A stretch of 64,000 nt of DNA from an uncultured delta proteobacterium (GCA_963827685.1 CAWHBU010000006.1:1-64000), one strand, 5' to 3'. Shown: positions 1 through 10,456, numbered from the stretch's first letter. Numbers and translations are program-made. The notes: generated by a model from the sequence alone, not told the origin.

Positions 1-140
1 ACCTCCCCACTACTCAAATGAGGTGAATCGTGATCCGTGGATGGTGAATCGTGTCATAAAAAGTCTTTTGGAATAAACGGAAACAAATTCAAATCTCTCG
101 CCGAATCACGAATCACCAGCACGAATCACGCTATGAAGGT

Positions 141-887
141 TTAAAGTACACTCAGTATCTCAGCTCCGTCATCCGTGATGGCGATGGTATGCTCAAAATG
201 GGCGGAGCGTTTTCCATCTGCCGTCACGACGGTCCAGCCGTCAGAAAGGACCTTGACTTCGTAGGTTCCTTCGTTCACCATGGGCTCCAGAGCAAAGACC
301 ATGCCTTTCTCAAGTCTCGGTCCCTGGTGGGGCGTTCCAAAATTTGGAATCTGTGGTTCTTCATGGAGTTCTCTCCCAATTCCATGCCCTACGAAATCTC
401 TTACCACAGAGAATCCATGGGATTCCACCCAGCTCTGAACGGCGTAGGAAATATCAAAAAGTCGATTCCCTGCCTTTGCCTTTTCAATACCAATATAGAG
501 AGCCTTCTCCGTTACCTCAAGAAGTCTTTTGGCTTCTGGATCTACCTCCCCCACAGGAAGAGTGATGGCTGCATCTCCAAAATAACCGATGTAATTGACG
601 CCCACATCCAGGCTCACAATATCCCCCTCTTCCAACCGGCGTTGGCCGGGAATGCCGTGGACGACTTCATCATTAATAGAGATACAAAGGGTCGCGGGAA
701 ATCCCCTATAACCCTTAAAGGCGGGGCGGGCTCCTTTCAAAAGGATGTATTCTTCAGCAACCTGATCCAACTCCCGAGTGGTGACCCCCTGTACAATCAT
801 ACCCCTCAATTTTTCAAAGACCTCTGCCACCATGGCATTGGATCTCTTCAATTGCTCGATCTCCCGTGAGGATTTGATAATCACCAT
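141..887 (-). CDS. map: Type I methionine aminopeptidase
   Basis: Motifs CISINDEVVHGIP, DFVGHGIG, FALEPM, SAHFEHT. Start moved to MVIIKS at 887. Confidence 0.97.
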   Translation of the reverse strand: MVIIKSSREIEQLKRSNAMVAEVFEKLRGMIVQGVTTRELDQVAEEYILLKGARPAFKGYRGFPATLCISINDEVVHGIPGQRRLEEGDIVSLDVGVNYIGYFGDAAITLPVGEVDPEAKRLLEVTEKALYIGIEKAKAGNRLFDISYAVQSWVESHGFSVVRDFVGHGIGRELHEEPQIPNFGTPHQGPRLEKGMVFALEPMVNEGTYEVKVLSDGWTVVTADGKRSAHFEHTIAITDDGAEILSVL

Positions 888-975
888 AGCACTAATATGC
901 ATTTGAACCAAGGAATTGTCAACCTTTAACAACCCCACAATTCAGACACTGGACTCTCGCCTGCCAAAGAACTTG

Positions 976-1009
976 CCTGCCTGCGCGAAGCCGCTCCGGC
1001 GGAGGCAGG
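976..1009. repeat. 34-bp palindromic REP-like element; inverted copy at 55362-55395
   Basis: cctgcctgcgcgaagccgctccggcggaggcagg; the second copy differs at one position. Confidence 0.8.
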
Positions 1010-1234
1010 TTCGGCGAGCAGGTCAGACATTGGACATCAGATAAGCATTTCGCACAGGTGCAGATTCAGATTTAGAATTTCTCAACCTCAACCTTGGCCT
1101 CAACCTCGGGTTTCATTCTCCTGTCTGAGGTCTAATGTCTTATTGTCTGAATCACAGATTTAACAACCCGTTTTTTATTGACTTTTCAACACCATTCAGT
1201 AATATTGTTCTATACGTTCTATGAGGAGCCTGAG

Positions 1235-2533
1235 ATGATTCCAAGATATACCCGACCGGAGATGGGAAAGATTTGGATGGATCAGAGAAAGTTTGAAACC
1301 TGGCTCCAAATTGAACTACTGGTCTGCGAGGCTCTTTCCCAATTAGGGGAGATCCCGGCAGAGGTTGTCCGAGAGATCAAAGAAAAAGCTTCCTTTGATA
1401 TCCACCGTATCGATGAAATAGAGAAGATGACAAAACACGATGTCCTTGCCTTCCTGACCAATGTGGGGGAGTCTATCGGCCCCCTTTCGAGATATTTCCA
1501 TTACGGTCTCACCTCTTCTGATATTCTCGACACCTCCCTTGCTCTTCTTTTAAGAGAGGCTTCTGAACTCATCCTTCAAGACATTCACCGGCTTTTGGAG
1601 GTATTAAAGAAAAAGGCCTTCCAATATAAGGAAACTTTGATGATCGGCAGATCCCATGGCATCCATGCCGAACCCATCACCTTCGGCCTCAAAATGACCC
1701 TCTGGTACGATGAGATGAAAAGAAATCTTGTCCGCATGGAGAGGGCCAAAGAAGCTGTGAGTGTGGGAAAGATCTCAGGGGCTGTAGGAACATTTGCCCA
1801 TATTCCTCCCTTTATTGAGGAATTTGTCTGTGGGCGATTGGGACTCAAACCAGCGCCTATCTCGACACAGATTGTTCAAAGAGATCACCATGCCGAATTC
1901 TTCACCACTCTGGCCATTATGGCTTCCTCGATAGAAAAATTCTCTGTCGAACTCCGACACCTCCAACGAACCGAGGTCTTGGAAGCTGAGGAATTCTTTT
2001 CCAAGGGACAGAAGGGTTCCTCTGCCATGCCACACAAGAGGAATCCCATCTCCTCAGAAAACCTCTCCGGTCTGGCTCGCCTTGTACGATCTTACAGTTT
2101 GGCTGCTTTAGAAAACATTCCACTTTGGCACGAGCGTGACATCAGCCATTCTTCCGTCGAAAGGGTGATCGCTCCGGATGCCACGATTTTGATCGACTAC
2201 ATGCTTAACCGCCTCACCTCCCTGGTTGAAAATCTCATCGTCTATCCAGAGAACATGAAGGCCAATTTGAAAAAAATGGGAGGCCTTGTCTTCTCGGAAT
2301 CGATCCTTCTCCATCTGGCCCAAAAAGGTCTCTCGAGGGAAGAGGCTTACGGGGTGGTTCAAAGGAATGCGATGAGGGTGTGGGAAAAGGGCGAGGATTT
2401 CAGAACCCTTCTCTCTCAGGACGAAACCATCAAGCGCCTCTTGTCCCAGAAGGAATTGGATGCTCTCTTCGACGTCCGGACCCATCTGAGACACGTCGAT
2501 GATATCTTCCGAAGAGTATTTGGAGATGCTTAA
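1235..2533 (+). CDS. purB: Adenylosuccinate lyase
   Basis: MIPRYTR start after GAGGAG; GRSHGIHAEP and GSSAMPHKRNP signatures. Confidence 0.97.
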   Translation: MIPRYTRPEMGKIWMDQRKFETWLQIELLVCEALSQLGEIPAEVVREIKEKASFDIHRIDEIEKMTKHDVLAFLTNVGESIGPLSRYFHYGLTSSDILDTSLALLLREASELILQDIHRLLEVLKKKAFQYKETLMIGRSHGIHAEPITFGLKMTLWYDEMKRNLVRMERAKEAVSVGKISGAVGTFAHIPPFIEEFVCGRLGLKPAPISTQIVQRDHHAEFFTTLAIMASSIEKFSVELRHLQRTEVLEAEEFFSKGQKGSSAMPHKRNPISSENLSGLARLVRSYSLAALENIPLWHERDISHSSVERVIAPDATILIDYMLNRLTSLVENLIVYPENMKANLKKMGGLVFSESILLHLAQKGLSREEAYGVVQRNAMRVWEKGEDFRTLLSQDETIKRLLSQKELDALFDVRTHLRHVDDIFRRVFGDA

Positions 2534-4420
2534 ATGAAGAAAGATCAAAAACCATCCTCTAACCTGAGAGATCTTCTCCGAATCAAAGAGCCTTCAGATC
2601 GAGACGGGAAGAAACCGAATCTTAAAAAGACCCGCTTTACGATCTGGTATTTCGTCATCGCCTTTCTCATCATCCTGTTCATCCAGCAATACATCATGCC
2701 AAAAAAGACTGAGGATGTGATTCCCTACAGTGAATTTAAGCAATCAATCAGGGCAGACAAAATCAAAGAACTGACCATCACTCCGGAGTCGATCAATGGG
2801 GAGCGGGAGACTGAAAAAGGTCTCCGAGAATTCCAGACCGTTCGAGTGGAAGATCCGGACCTGGTGAAGGAATTGGAGGCTCACCATGTGAAATATACGG
2901 GGAAGGTCGATAGCAAATGGCTGACCAATATTGTTTCGTGGATCTTCCCGCTAATCTTGATCATTTTCTTCTGGAGGTTCCTCTTGGGCCGCATCGGAGC
3001 GGAGACGAGTGTGATGTCCTTTGGAAAAAGCCGGGCCAAAATCTACGCCGAGAAGGAGAAGAAGATCACCTTTGCCGATGTCGCCGGAATTGACGAGGCG
3101 AAAGAGGAATTGAAGGAGGTGGTGGAGTTTCTAAAAACTCCGGGAAAATTTCAACGCCTCGGCGGAAAGATTCCGAAAGGGGTTCTCTTGGTGGGAATGC
3201 CCGGAACAGGAAAAACCTTGCTCGCCCGGGCCGTGGCCGGAGAGGCAAATGTTCCCTTTTTCTCCATCAGCGGTTCTGATTTTGTGGAGATGTTTGTCGG
3301 TGTGGGAGCGGCGAGGGTCAGGGACCTCTTTGGCCAGGCTCAAAACCATGCCCCCTGTATCATCTTTATTGATGAACTGGATGCCCTCGGAAAGGCACGC
3401 GGCGTCAATCCCATGGGCAGACACGATGAACAGGAGCAGACCCTCAACCAACTCTTGTCGGAGATGGATGGTTTTGACCCCAATACGGGAGTGATCATCA
3501 TGGCCGCTACCAACCGGCCTGAAATTCTGGATCCTGCTCTTCTCAGACCGGGAAGGTTCGATCGTCATGTGGTCGTTGACCGGCCTGATCTCGTCGGTCG
3601 CGAGGAGATTCTGAAGATCCACACCCGAAATATCAAATTATCCCCGGATGTCGACCTGAAGGTCATCGCTTCAAGAACTCCTGGATTCGTGGGGGCAGAT
3701 CTTGCCAATATCGTGAACGAAGCGGCCCTGCTGGCGGCTCGGAAGGATAAGGAATTTGTAGAAATGGCTGATATTGAAGAGGCGATCGACCGCGTGTTAG
3801 CTGGATTGGAAAAGAAGAACAGGCTGATGTCGAAGAAGGAGAAAGAGATCGTAGCCTTTCACGAATCCGGCCATGCCATTGTGGCTTCCCTCTTACCGAA
3901 TGCCGATCCGGTTCGTCGTATCTCGATCATCCCGAGAGGAATCTCTGCATTGGGTTATACCCTTCAATTGCCTACAGAGGATCGTTATCTCATGACGAAA
4001 ACAGAACTCCTCGACCGCTTGGCCGTTTTGCTGGGTGGAAGGGTTGCTGAGGAAATCGTTTTTGGAGAGATCTCCACCGGTGCCCATAACGATCTCCAAC
4101 GGGCGACCGACATTGCCACTAGCATGGTAAAAGAATTCGGAATGAGCGAGAGAATGGGTTATGTCACGTTTGGGAAGGAAAAGCAGCCTCTTTTTCTCCC
4201 CTCTTCACTTTTCCCCGCCAGGGAATACAGTGAAGACACAGCCAAACAGATCGACGAGGAAGTGAAAAAGATTGTCGATGAAACCTATCTGAGGGTCAGA
4301 GAAATACTGACGACTAAGAAGGATAAATTGGGAGAGCTTGCCCGTCTCTTACTTGACAGAGAGGTGGTTGAGGAGGCGGATCTGAAAAAGATTCTTGAGT
4401 TACCCCCTGCCAGCGCATGA
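2534..4420 (+). CDS. ftsH: ATP-dependent zinc metalloprotease FtsH
   Basis: Two N-terminal TM segments, Walker A GMPGTGKT, Walker [19 protein letters not shown] zinc motif. Confidence 0.96.
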   Translation: MKKDQKPSSNLRDLLRIKEPSDRDGKKPNLKKTRFTIWYFVIAFLIILFIQQYIMPKKTEDVIPYSEFKQSIRADKIKELTITPESINGERETEKGLREFQTVRVEDPDLVKELEAHHVKYTGKVDSKWLTNIVSWIFPLILIIFFWRFLLGRIGAETSVMSFGKSRAKIYAEKEKKITFADVAGIDEAKEELKEVVEFLKTPGKFQRLGGKIPKGVLLVGMPGTGKTLLARAVAGEANVPFFSISGSDFVEMFVGVGAARVRDLFGQAQNHAPCIIFIDELDALGKARGVNPMGRHDEQEQTLNQLLSEMDGFDPNTGVIIMAATNRPEILDPALLRPGRFDRHVVVDRPDLVGREEILKIHTRNIKLSPDVDLKVIASRTPGFVGADLANIVNEAALLAARKDKEFVEMADIEEAIDRVLAGLEKKNRLMSKKEKEIVAFHESGHAIVASLLPNADPVRRISIIPRGISALGYTLQLPTEDRYLMTKTELLDRLAVLLGGRVAEEIVFGEISTGAHNDLQRATDIATSMVKEFGMSERMGYVTFGKEKQPLFLPSSLFPAREYSEDTAKQIDEEVKKIVDETYLRVREILTTKKDKLGELARLLLDREVVEEADLKKILELPPASA

Positions 4421-5061
4421 CGAAAAAAATTCTTAAACATCTTCGAGCAAAGATCTTCGCAGGGATTTTGGTCATCCTTCCCCTCGGGATCACCTTTCTC
4501 GTCTTGAAGTTTGTCTTCAACACCCTGGATAGTATCCTCGGCCCCCTGATCCCTGACATCAACGTCTCCCTCTTCCATCGCGTATACCATCTCCCAGGAG
4601 TAGGAATCATTAGCTTCTTCTTCCTGCTCTATCTGATCGGATTGATTACCACCAACGTCCTGGGCCGCAAATTGATTGGCTGGGGGGATCGTCTCTTCAC
4701 GGTTATCCCGGTTGTCAAAAATATCTATACTTCCTCTAAACAACTGACCGATGCGTTCTCGGCCACGCGAAAGGGCTCCTTCCGTCAGGCTGTCTTTGTT
4801 GAATTCCCACAGGAAGGAAATTATGTGCTTGGATTTGTGACGAACGAGTTGACGGATCTCGAGCGCCAAACGAAGGTGACGGTTTTTGTCCCGACAGCCT
4901 TTGTCCCACCCCAAGGTTTCCTCCTCTTTCTCCCCAAAGAAAAGACACTCCCTTCCCAGTTGACCGTCGAAGAGGCAATCAAAGCCATCATGTCCGTAGG
5001 GATCGTCACGCCCCACACTCTTTCGGTTCCGTTATCCCGCTCGACATCTGGAAAGGAATAG
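4417..5061 (+). CDS. DUF502 family membrane protein
   Basis: [19 protein letters not shown] and VFVPT pattern typical of DUF502; ATGA overlap with ftsH. Confidence 0.85.
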   Translation: MTKKILKHLRAKIFAGILVILPLGITFLVLKFVFNTLDSILGPLIPDINVSLFHRVYHLPGVGIISFFFLLYLIGLITTNVLGRKLIGWGDRLFTVIPVVKNIYTSSKQLTDAFSATRKGSFRQAVFVEFPQEGNYVLGFVTNELTDLERQTKVTVFVPTAFVPPQGFLLFLPKEKTLPSQLTVEEAIKAIMSVGIVTPHTLSVPLSRSTSGKE

Positions 5062-5120
5062 GTTGAAAATTTCAAAGGGATGAAGTATCTTAATCCAAAA
5101 ATTGAAGGAGGTTCTTGATT

Positions 5121-5357
5121 ATGGAGGCTATCACGCTTCTGATTGCAGTGGTTGCACTGATCCTTGCTATCCTCGCCTATCAGCGCACAGGGGGAGCCAC
5201 AGAATTGAAACGGCATATTGATGCCGGCGCTTCTTCTCCTGACTTGAAGAAACAGATAGATGCCTTGGTGGCGATGGCCGATTCCTTGAGAGAGAAGACG
5301 GCCGATGCGCTGGATCGTTTAGAAAAGGCCATCCGGAAAACAGAAAAAGGCGAATAG
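5121..5357 (+). CDS. Small membrane-anchored coiled-coil hypothetical protein
   Basis: AAGGAGG RBS and an N-terminal hydrophobic helix. Confidence 0.65.
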   Translation: MEAITLLIAVVALILAILAYQRTGGATELKRHIDAGASSPDLKKQIDALVAMADSLREKTADALDRLEKAIRKTEKGE

Positions 5358-5580
5358 GCCCAAACGTTAATGAAATGTCAAATGGCCACACGAAGTGATG
5401 AACCGAAGGTGAATCAAGCCCAAATTCCAAATCAATAACAAATGGCAAAGATCAAATTCTTAAAATTGTCCTTCACTGATCTTCCATCGACTGCCAAGAG
5501 AAGGGCTTCTGATATTTGGAGTTAGGGGCTCTATTAACGTTTGGTATTTGAAATTTGACATTGAGTTGACAAAACTATAC

Positions 5581-6435
5581 ATGCCTGAAATATTCAAAAA
5601 CATTACCACTTGGCTCACCACTTCCGGAATCAAGGTTTTCGGGATCCTCATCGCTCTCCTCATTCTCTCACAAATGTCCAAATGGATTGTGAAATGGCTC
5701 GAGAAATTTATTCCGGAAAAGGATTCCCTCCAGGCCGTAGAAGCAAAGAAGAGGGCCCATACCCTGGGCAGCATCCTTCGACATGCCCTTCTCATCGTCA
5801 TCTTCTTCATTGCTCTCCTCATGATTCTTGGAGAACTGGGAATTCAATTAGGACCTTTATTAGCCACTGCCGGCATTGGGGCATTAGCCATTGGTTTTGG
5901 GGCTCAGAGTTTAGTCAAGGATGTGATCAGTGGATTCTTTATCATGCTTGAGAATCAGTATCGAATCGGAGATGTGATCGAGGCAGCAGGGGTATCGGGT
6001 CTGGTCGAATCCGTGAGCTTGAGAAGAACGGTTCTGAGAGATTTAGAGGGAAAAGTTCATACCATTCCCAACGGTGAAATTAAGATTGTTAGCAACCTCT
6101 CTAAAGAATGGGCAAGATCGGTTTTGGATATCGGCATTTCATACCGTGAGGATGTGGATCAGGTCGTCAATCTCCTCGAAGGGATTGGGAGGGAGATGGC
6201 GGCTGAAGAACCCTGGAAGAGTGCCATCCTCGAAGCCTTACAAATTTTCGGAGTGGAGCGATTCGGAGAGTCCCAATTGGTCATTCGGGTGGCGGTGAAA
6301 ACAGTCCCCTTAAAACAGTGGGAGGTGGGAAGGGAATTGCGGAGGAGGATTAAAATTCGATTTGATGAAAAAGGGATTCGAATCCCGTTTCCGCACCGCG
6401 TCCTGATCTGGGGAGACAAAGATCAAAAGAATTAA
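5581..6435 (+). CDS. MscS-family mechanosensitive channel (YbiO-like)
   Basis: AGIGALAIGFGAQSLVKD, ENQYRIGD, IPNGEI motifs. Confidence 0.93.
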   Translation: MPEIFKNITTWLTTSGIKVFGILIALLILSQMSKWIVKWLEKFIPEKDSLQAVEAKKRAHTLGSILRHALLIVIFFIALLMILGELGIQLGPLLATAGIGALAIGFGAQSLVKDVISGFFIMLENQYRIGDVIEAAGVSGLVESVSLRRTVLRDLEGKVHTIPNGEIKIVSNLSKEWARSVLDIGISYREDVDQVVNLLEGIGREMAAEEPWKSAILEALQIFGVERFGESQLVIRVAVKTVPLKQWEVGRELRRRIKIRFDEKGIRIPFPHRVLIWGDKDQKN

Positions 6436-6492
6436 GAGTGAAGAGTTATGAATGATGGGTTTCATTTCTAAAATTCTCAACTCATATTACCA

Positions 6493-6643
6493 GGAGCACA
6501 CTGTAGTTTGCATTGGCCCCCCAGTGCGTCATTGCGAGGAGCCTTTAGCGACGAAGCAATCTCAAGCAAAACGAGATTGCCACACCCTTCGGGCTCGCAA
6601 TGACATTTTCTGTAGGATCGAAGTGTAAACTATTTCATGCTCC
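6493..6643. repeat. Nested palindromic element: inner GTCATTGCGAG...CTCGCAATGAC (6528-6604) within an outer imperfect inverted repeat
   Basis: Inner arms gtcattgcgag/ctcgcaatgac and gcaatctc/gagattgc; outer arms ggagca..tagtttgcat / gtgtaaacta..tgctcc. Confidence 0.75.
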
Positions 6644-6669
6644 CCTTAATAACTTAAGATTCATAATTG

Positions 6670-8160
6670 ATGATGATAGATAAACCCTTACAAATTCTCT
6701 TTGCAACGCCTGAGGCTGTTCCTTTTGCCAAGACAGGGGGGTTGGCAGACGTGGCAGGAGCCCTTCCCAAATCCCTCCACGCATTGGGATGTGAGATAAA
6801 GTTATTCATTCCCTATTACCGAATGGTGAAGGAGTCCGGGCTTCCCCATCAATACTTGGGTGAAGAGATCGAGGTCCCCATTGGGGATGAAAAGCTCAAG
6901 GCGGATATCTATCTGGGCCACCTGAACCAGGACATCCCAGTTTATTTCATCGGTCGCGAAGAGTTCTTTGACAGGGAACATCTCTATAGCACACCCAAAG
7001 GGGATTACTTCGACAATGCGGAGCGCTTCATTTTCTTCTCCAGGGCCATCCTCATCTTTTGTCAGCGCATGGGATTTTCCCCCGACATCATCCACCATCA
7101 TGAATGGCAAACCGGATTGATCCCGGCCTATCTCGAATCGATCTACCAGAATGACCCTCTTTTTTCCCATACCGCGACAGTCTTCACCATTCATAACATT
7201 GCCTATCAGGGAATGTTCAAGAAGGAGAAATTCTGGCTCACGGGCCTCCCCACGGAGATGTACAATCCGGAGGGAATCGAATTTTGGGAGAGGATCAACT
7301 TCATGAAGGCTGGAATTGTTTATGGCAATGCGATCAATACCGTGAGCAAAAAATATAGCGAAGAGATTCAGACCCCTGAATACGGCTACGGCCTGGAAGG
7401 TATTTTGAGAAAGAGAAGAGAAAGCCTTTATGGAATCCTCAACGGGGTGGACTATGGGGATTGGGACCCCTCTCATGACCCTCATCTTATCGCCCGATAT
7501 GATTTGGAAGATATCTCCGGAAAGAGGGAATGCAAAAAGGACCTTCTCAAGGAATTCCATCTCCCCTCCTCCCTTGAGAACGCTCCTCTTTTGGGAATGA
7601 TTTCTCGGTTGGCCGATCAGAAGGGATTCGACCTTCTGATGGAAATTCTGGAAGGACTTTTCGCCCTCGACATCGGATTCGTTCTTCTGGGAACAGGGGA
7701 GCAGAAGTATCACGATCTCTTTACCCAAGTCGCTCAAAAATATCCTCAAAAAGCAGGGATCCGAATCGCCTACGATGACCGATTGGCTCACAAAATCGAA
7801 GCCGGAGCGGATTTCTTCCTCATGCCATCGAAATATGAACCGTGTGGTCTCAATCAAATCTATAGCCTGAAATATGGGACGATTCCCGTGGTTCGTGCCA
7901 CCGGTGGACTGGATGACACCATCACCCAATACGATCCAGCCACAAAAAAAGGGAATGGCTTTAAATTTACCCGTTATGAGGCTAAAGAATTCCTCACCGC
8001 CATAAAGGGGGCTATCCGTTTTTATTCTCAGCCAGGACATTGGAGACAACTCCTTCGAAATGCCATGACCGCGGACTTCTCTTGGGAAAGATCGGCCGAG
8101 GCCTACCTTCAACTCTATGGAAAAGCGTTGGAGAAGAAGAGAGGGAATCTCTCAGGTTAA
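6670..8160 (+). CDS. glgA: Glycogen synthase
   Basis: PFAKTGGLADV, SRLADQKG, PSKYEPCGLNQ motifs. Confidence 0.97.
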   Translation: MMIDKPLQILFATPEAVPFAKTGGLADVAGALPKSLHALGCEIKLFIPYYRMVKESGLPHQYLGEEIEVPIGDEKLKADIYLGHLNQDIPVYFIGREEFFDREHLYSTPKGDYFDNAERFIFFSRAILIFCQRMGFSPDIIHHHEWQTGLIPAYLESIYQNDPLFSHTATVFTIHNIAYQGMFKKEKFWLTGLPTEMYNPEGIEFWERINFMKAGIVYGNAINTVSKKYSEEIQTPEYGYGLEGILRKRRESLYGILNGVDYGDWDPSHDPHLIARYDLEDISGKRECKKDLLKEFHLPSSLENAPLLGMISRLADQKGFDLLMEILEGLFALDIGFVLLGTGEQKYHDLFTQVAQKYPQKAGIRIAYDDRLAHKIEAGADFFLMPSKYEPCGLNQIYSLKYGTIPVVRATGGLDDTITQYDPATKKGNGFKFTRYEAKEFLTAIKGAIRFYSQPGHWRQLLRNAMTADFSWERSAEAYLQLYGKALEKKRGNLSG

Positions 8161-8179
8161 AAAGTTTCGGGAGGTCAGT

Positions 8180-9112
8180 ATGAAGAAACGAAGATCACAC
8201 ATCCTGATGGGGGCAATCCTGATCTCAATGGTTTTATTTCTTCCGGGCTTCCTCTCTGCCAAATCCCCACCTTTGAACAATTTTGACCATCCCAGGCTTA
8301 TCGAAACACGAGAATTGTGGAACCTGACCAGCCATCCTTCGATTCGCATCATTGACATGAGGACCTCACTCTTCGATTACCTCAAAGGCCATATCCCAAA
8401 CGCCGTCTATCTCCATTTTGAGAATCTCCAGATTCCGGCAAAGGGCATCCCCGACCAGGCTCCCGATCGGATCTGTTTAGAGAGATTGTTAGGAGATAAT
8501 TTAAGCCTTTCCAATTCCATGGGGGTAGTCCTCTACTCCGATAGATCAAATCCCAATGCGACGCTCCTCGCCTGGACATTGGACTACTTAGGCCACAAAA
8601 AAGTGGGGATCCTGAATGGAGGTTATGAGAAATGGATTTCAGAAAGGCTTCGCACCACCCGGGAGTTTCCGTCTCTTCTCCCGAACAAATTCTTTGGGAA
8701 AGTAATTCGAGAGACATTCGCCGAGAAAAAATGGATTCTCGATCGCCTCACGTCGAAAAACGTCGTGATCCTGGACGCTCGCTCCCCAGAACAATACAGC
8801 GGCCAGGAAGGCGAAGAGGTCCGGAAAGGCCATATCCCCGGAGCCAAGAATGTATTTTGGGAAACGACCTTGGAAGGGGAAGAGGTAAGGGTCTGGAAGA
8901 AAAAAGAGGATTTGGAAAAACTCTTTGCGGAATCCGGAGTGACGAGGGACAAAGAGATCGTCGTCTATTGCAGAACAGGAAGGGAAGCGAGCCATCTCTA
9001 TTTCACCCTGAAGTATGTTCTCGGGTTTCCCCATGTTCTGCTATACCGGGGATCCTGGGTCGAGTGGTCTGCGGATAGGAGCATGCCGGTCAAGATCGGG
9101 ATGGACCCTTGA
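8180..9112 (+). CDS. Tandem-domain rhodanese/sulfurtransferase with a predicted signal peptide
   Basis: GHIPNA and GHIPGA repeats, active-site YCRTG, YRGSWVEWS; hydrophobic N-terminus. Confidence 0.9.
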   Translation: MKKRRSHILMGAILISMVLFLPGFLSAKSPPLNNFDHPRLIETRELWNLTSHPSIRIIDMRTSLFDYLKGHIPNAVYLHFENLQIPAKGIPDQAPDRICLERLLGDNLSLSNSMGVVLYSDRSNPNATLLAWTLDYLGHKKVGILNGGYEKWISERLRTTREFPSLLPNKFFGKVIRETFAEKKWILDRLTSKNVVILDARSPEQYSGQEGEEVRKGHIPGAKNVFWETTLEGEEVRVWKKKEDLEKLFAESGVTRDKEIVVYCRTGREASHLYFTLKYVLGFPHVLLYRGSWVEWSADRSMPVKIGMDP

Positions 9113-9464
9113 AGTGAGATTTCTGAAAAAATCTATCAATCCCTCATTAGAAGAAAGCTCTCAATTTTTGGAAAAGTAAACGGGCATAGAAGTGTCTTAA
9201 AATCCTTGAAACCCAACATCCCGTGGGGCCCCCTTTCATCTCCAATTTCTCAGGATTCCTTCCTGAAGTCGTGATTTTCAAATCTCGCCTCACAATACAA
9301 TATTTTGAAACAGTAATCATTAAGAAGATGGGAAACATTTTTTTCTTTTAGGTAAAACAATTCGGGACATATGTGAAAAACGATTCCACGTCTGGCTTTC
9401 ATCAAAATATGTATGTTTTCGGGAAACACTATAGTTACAGCAACTTATAATGATGGTGAACCTT

Positions 9465-9480
9465 TGGCATAAGGATTGAT
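9465..9480 (+). promoter_or_regulatory. Degenerate sigma54-type promoter
   Basis: TGGCATAAGGATTGAT (GC at -12 changed to GA); similar to 31191-31206. Confidence 0.45.
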
Positions 9481-9669
9481 ACTCTAATAAATATCGGTAT
9501 GTTTTAAATCCCGATAAAGCCAAATGATTCATTGATGAGAAGTTTCCTGATTAACAAAAACCTATGTCTCTATTATTGGCTCAAAAAGAAAATCGGAAAG
9601 AAGTGGGCCCTGGGGTGTCAAATTCCATAGAAAAGACTATCCTAATGTTTGAAAGGAGGAGTGATTTAG

Positions 9670-9930
9670 ATGCGATCAGGGGAATCCAAAATCTATCCCC
9701 CAGTTCTTAGTCAACGTGAACGATCGATACTATGTCTGATTGCAGAAGGTTATGAGAATCAAGAGATTGCGGATAAGCTTTATATTAGTGAAAAAACTGT
9801 AAGGGGAACCCATGTTAATCTCATGAGAAAATTAAATGCCCCGAATGTATCGTCCGTAATCGATCAGGCTTTAGAGAAAGGATTGATTAGCATATATGAA
9901 GTATTAGAATCCAGATTTTCAAAAAAGTAA
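9670..9930 (+). CDS. Stand-alone LuxR/GerE-type HTH protein
   Basis: LSQRERSILCLIAEGYENQEIADKLYISEKTV; strong RBS. Confidence 0.85.
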   Translation: MRSGESKIYPPVLSQRERSILCLIAEGYENQEIADKLYISEKTVRGTHVNLMRKLNAPNVSSVIDQALEKGLISIYEVLESRFSKK

Positions 9931-9942
9931 AACTGAAGCAAA

Positions 9943-10185
9943 TTGAGTACAATCATGGATCACGAAAGATTTAAAACTATAGTCTCTTTATTAGAGCGGG
10001 ATGAATTGACATTAAGGGAAAAACAATTTTTGGAAGGAGTAAAAAAATATTTCTTTGAACATAGTAAGTTAACAGAGCAGCAGTGGTCCATATTAGAAGG
10101 TGTTTACAGAGAAAAAATATGGATGAGGAAGACTTTTTTTAGTCGGAATAATCTTCCAAAGGGCTCTTCCTCAAGAGCCGTCTGA
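9943..10185 (+). CDS. Small hypothetical protein
   Basis: Operon-like spacing; start may be the ATG at 9956. Confidence 0.6.
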   Translation: MSTIMDHERFKTIVSLLERDELTLREKQFLEGVKKYFFEHSKLTEQQWSILEGVYREKIWMRKTFFSRNNLPKGSSSRAV

Positions 10186-10207
10186 AATGTCTCATGTTGA
10201 AGAGTAA

Positions 10208-10456
10208 ATGGGTTTAGTAATGGTAGCCTATGAATTTTACTCGCTTGACGAAGTAAAAGGGTACGAATTACTTGGAGTACTCCCAGAAAGGAGAAAGGAT
10301 CCTGCAAGAATGACCGAGAAGTCGGTATTAGGATGGGTGGATAAAGTTTTTGGTAATAAATTTAGTACCAAAGATATTTATTTCATTCAGGTAACGATCA
10401 ACGAGAATACGGGGATGATTTTTCGGCCTACCCCGGCTTTCATAACGCAGAAGTAA
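10208..10456 (+). CDS. Small hypothetical protein with GVLPERRKD motif
   Basis: Related ORF at 29254-29472; followed by a terminator. Confidence 0.7.
   Translation: MGLVMVAYEFYSLDEVKGYELLGVLPERRKDPARMTEKSVLGWVDKVFGNKFSTKDIYFIQVTINENTGMIFRPTPAFITQK

Noticed and set aside
6802-8112. Long antisense ORFs (also 46713-48140, 53891-54874, 51733-52563 and others)
   Set aside because: They are shadows of well-supported genes on the opposite strand.
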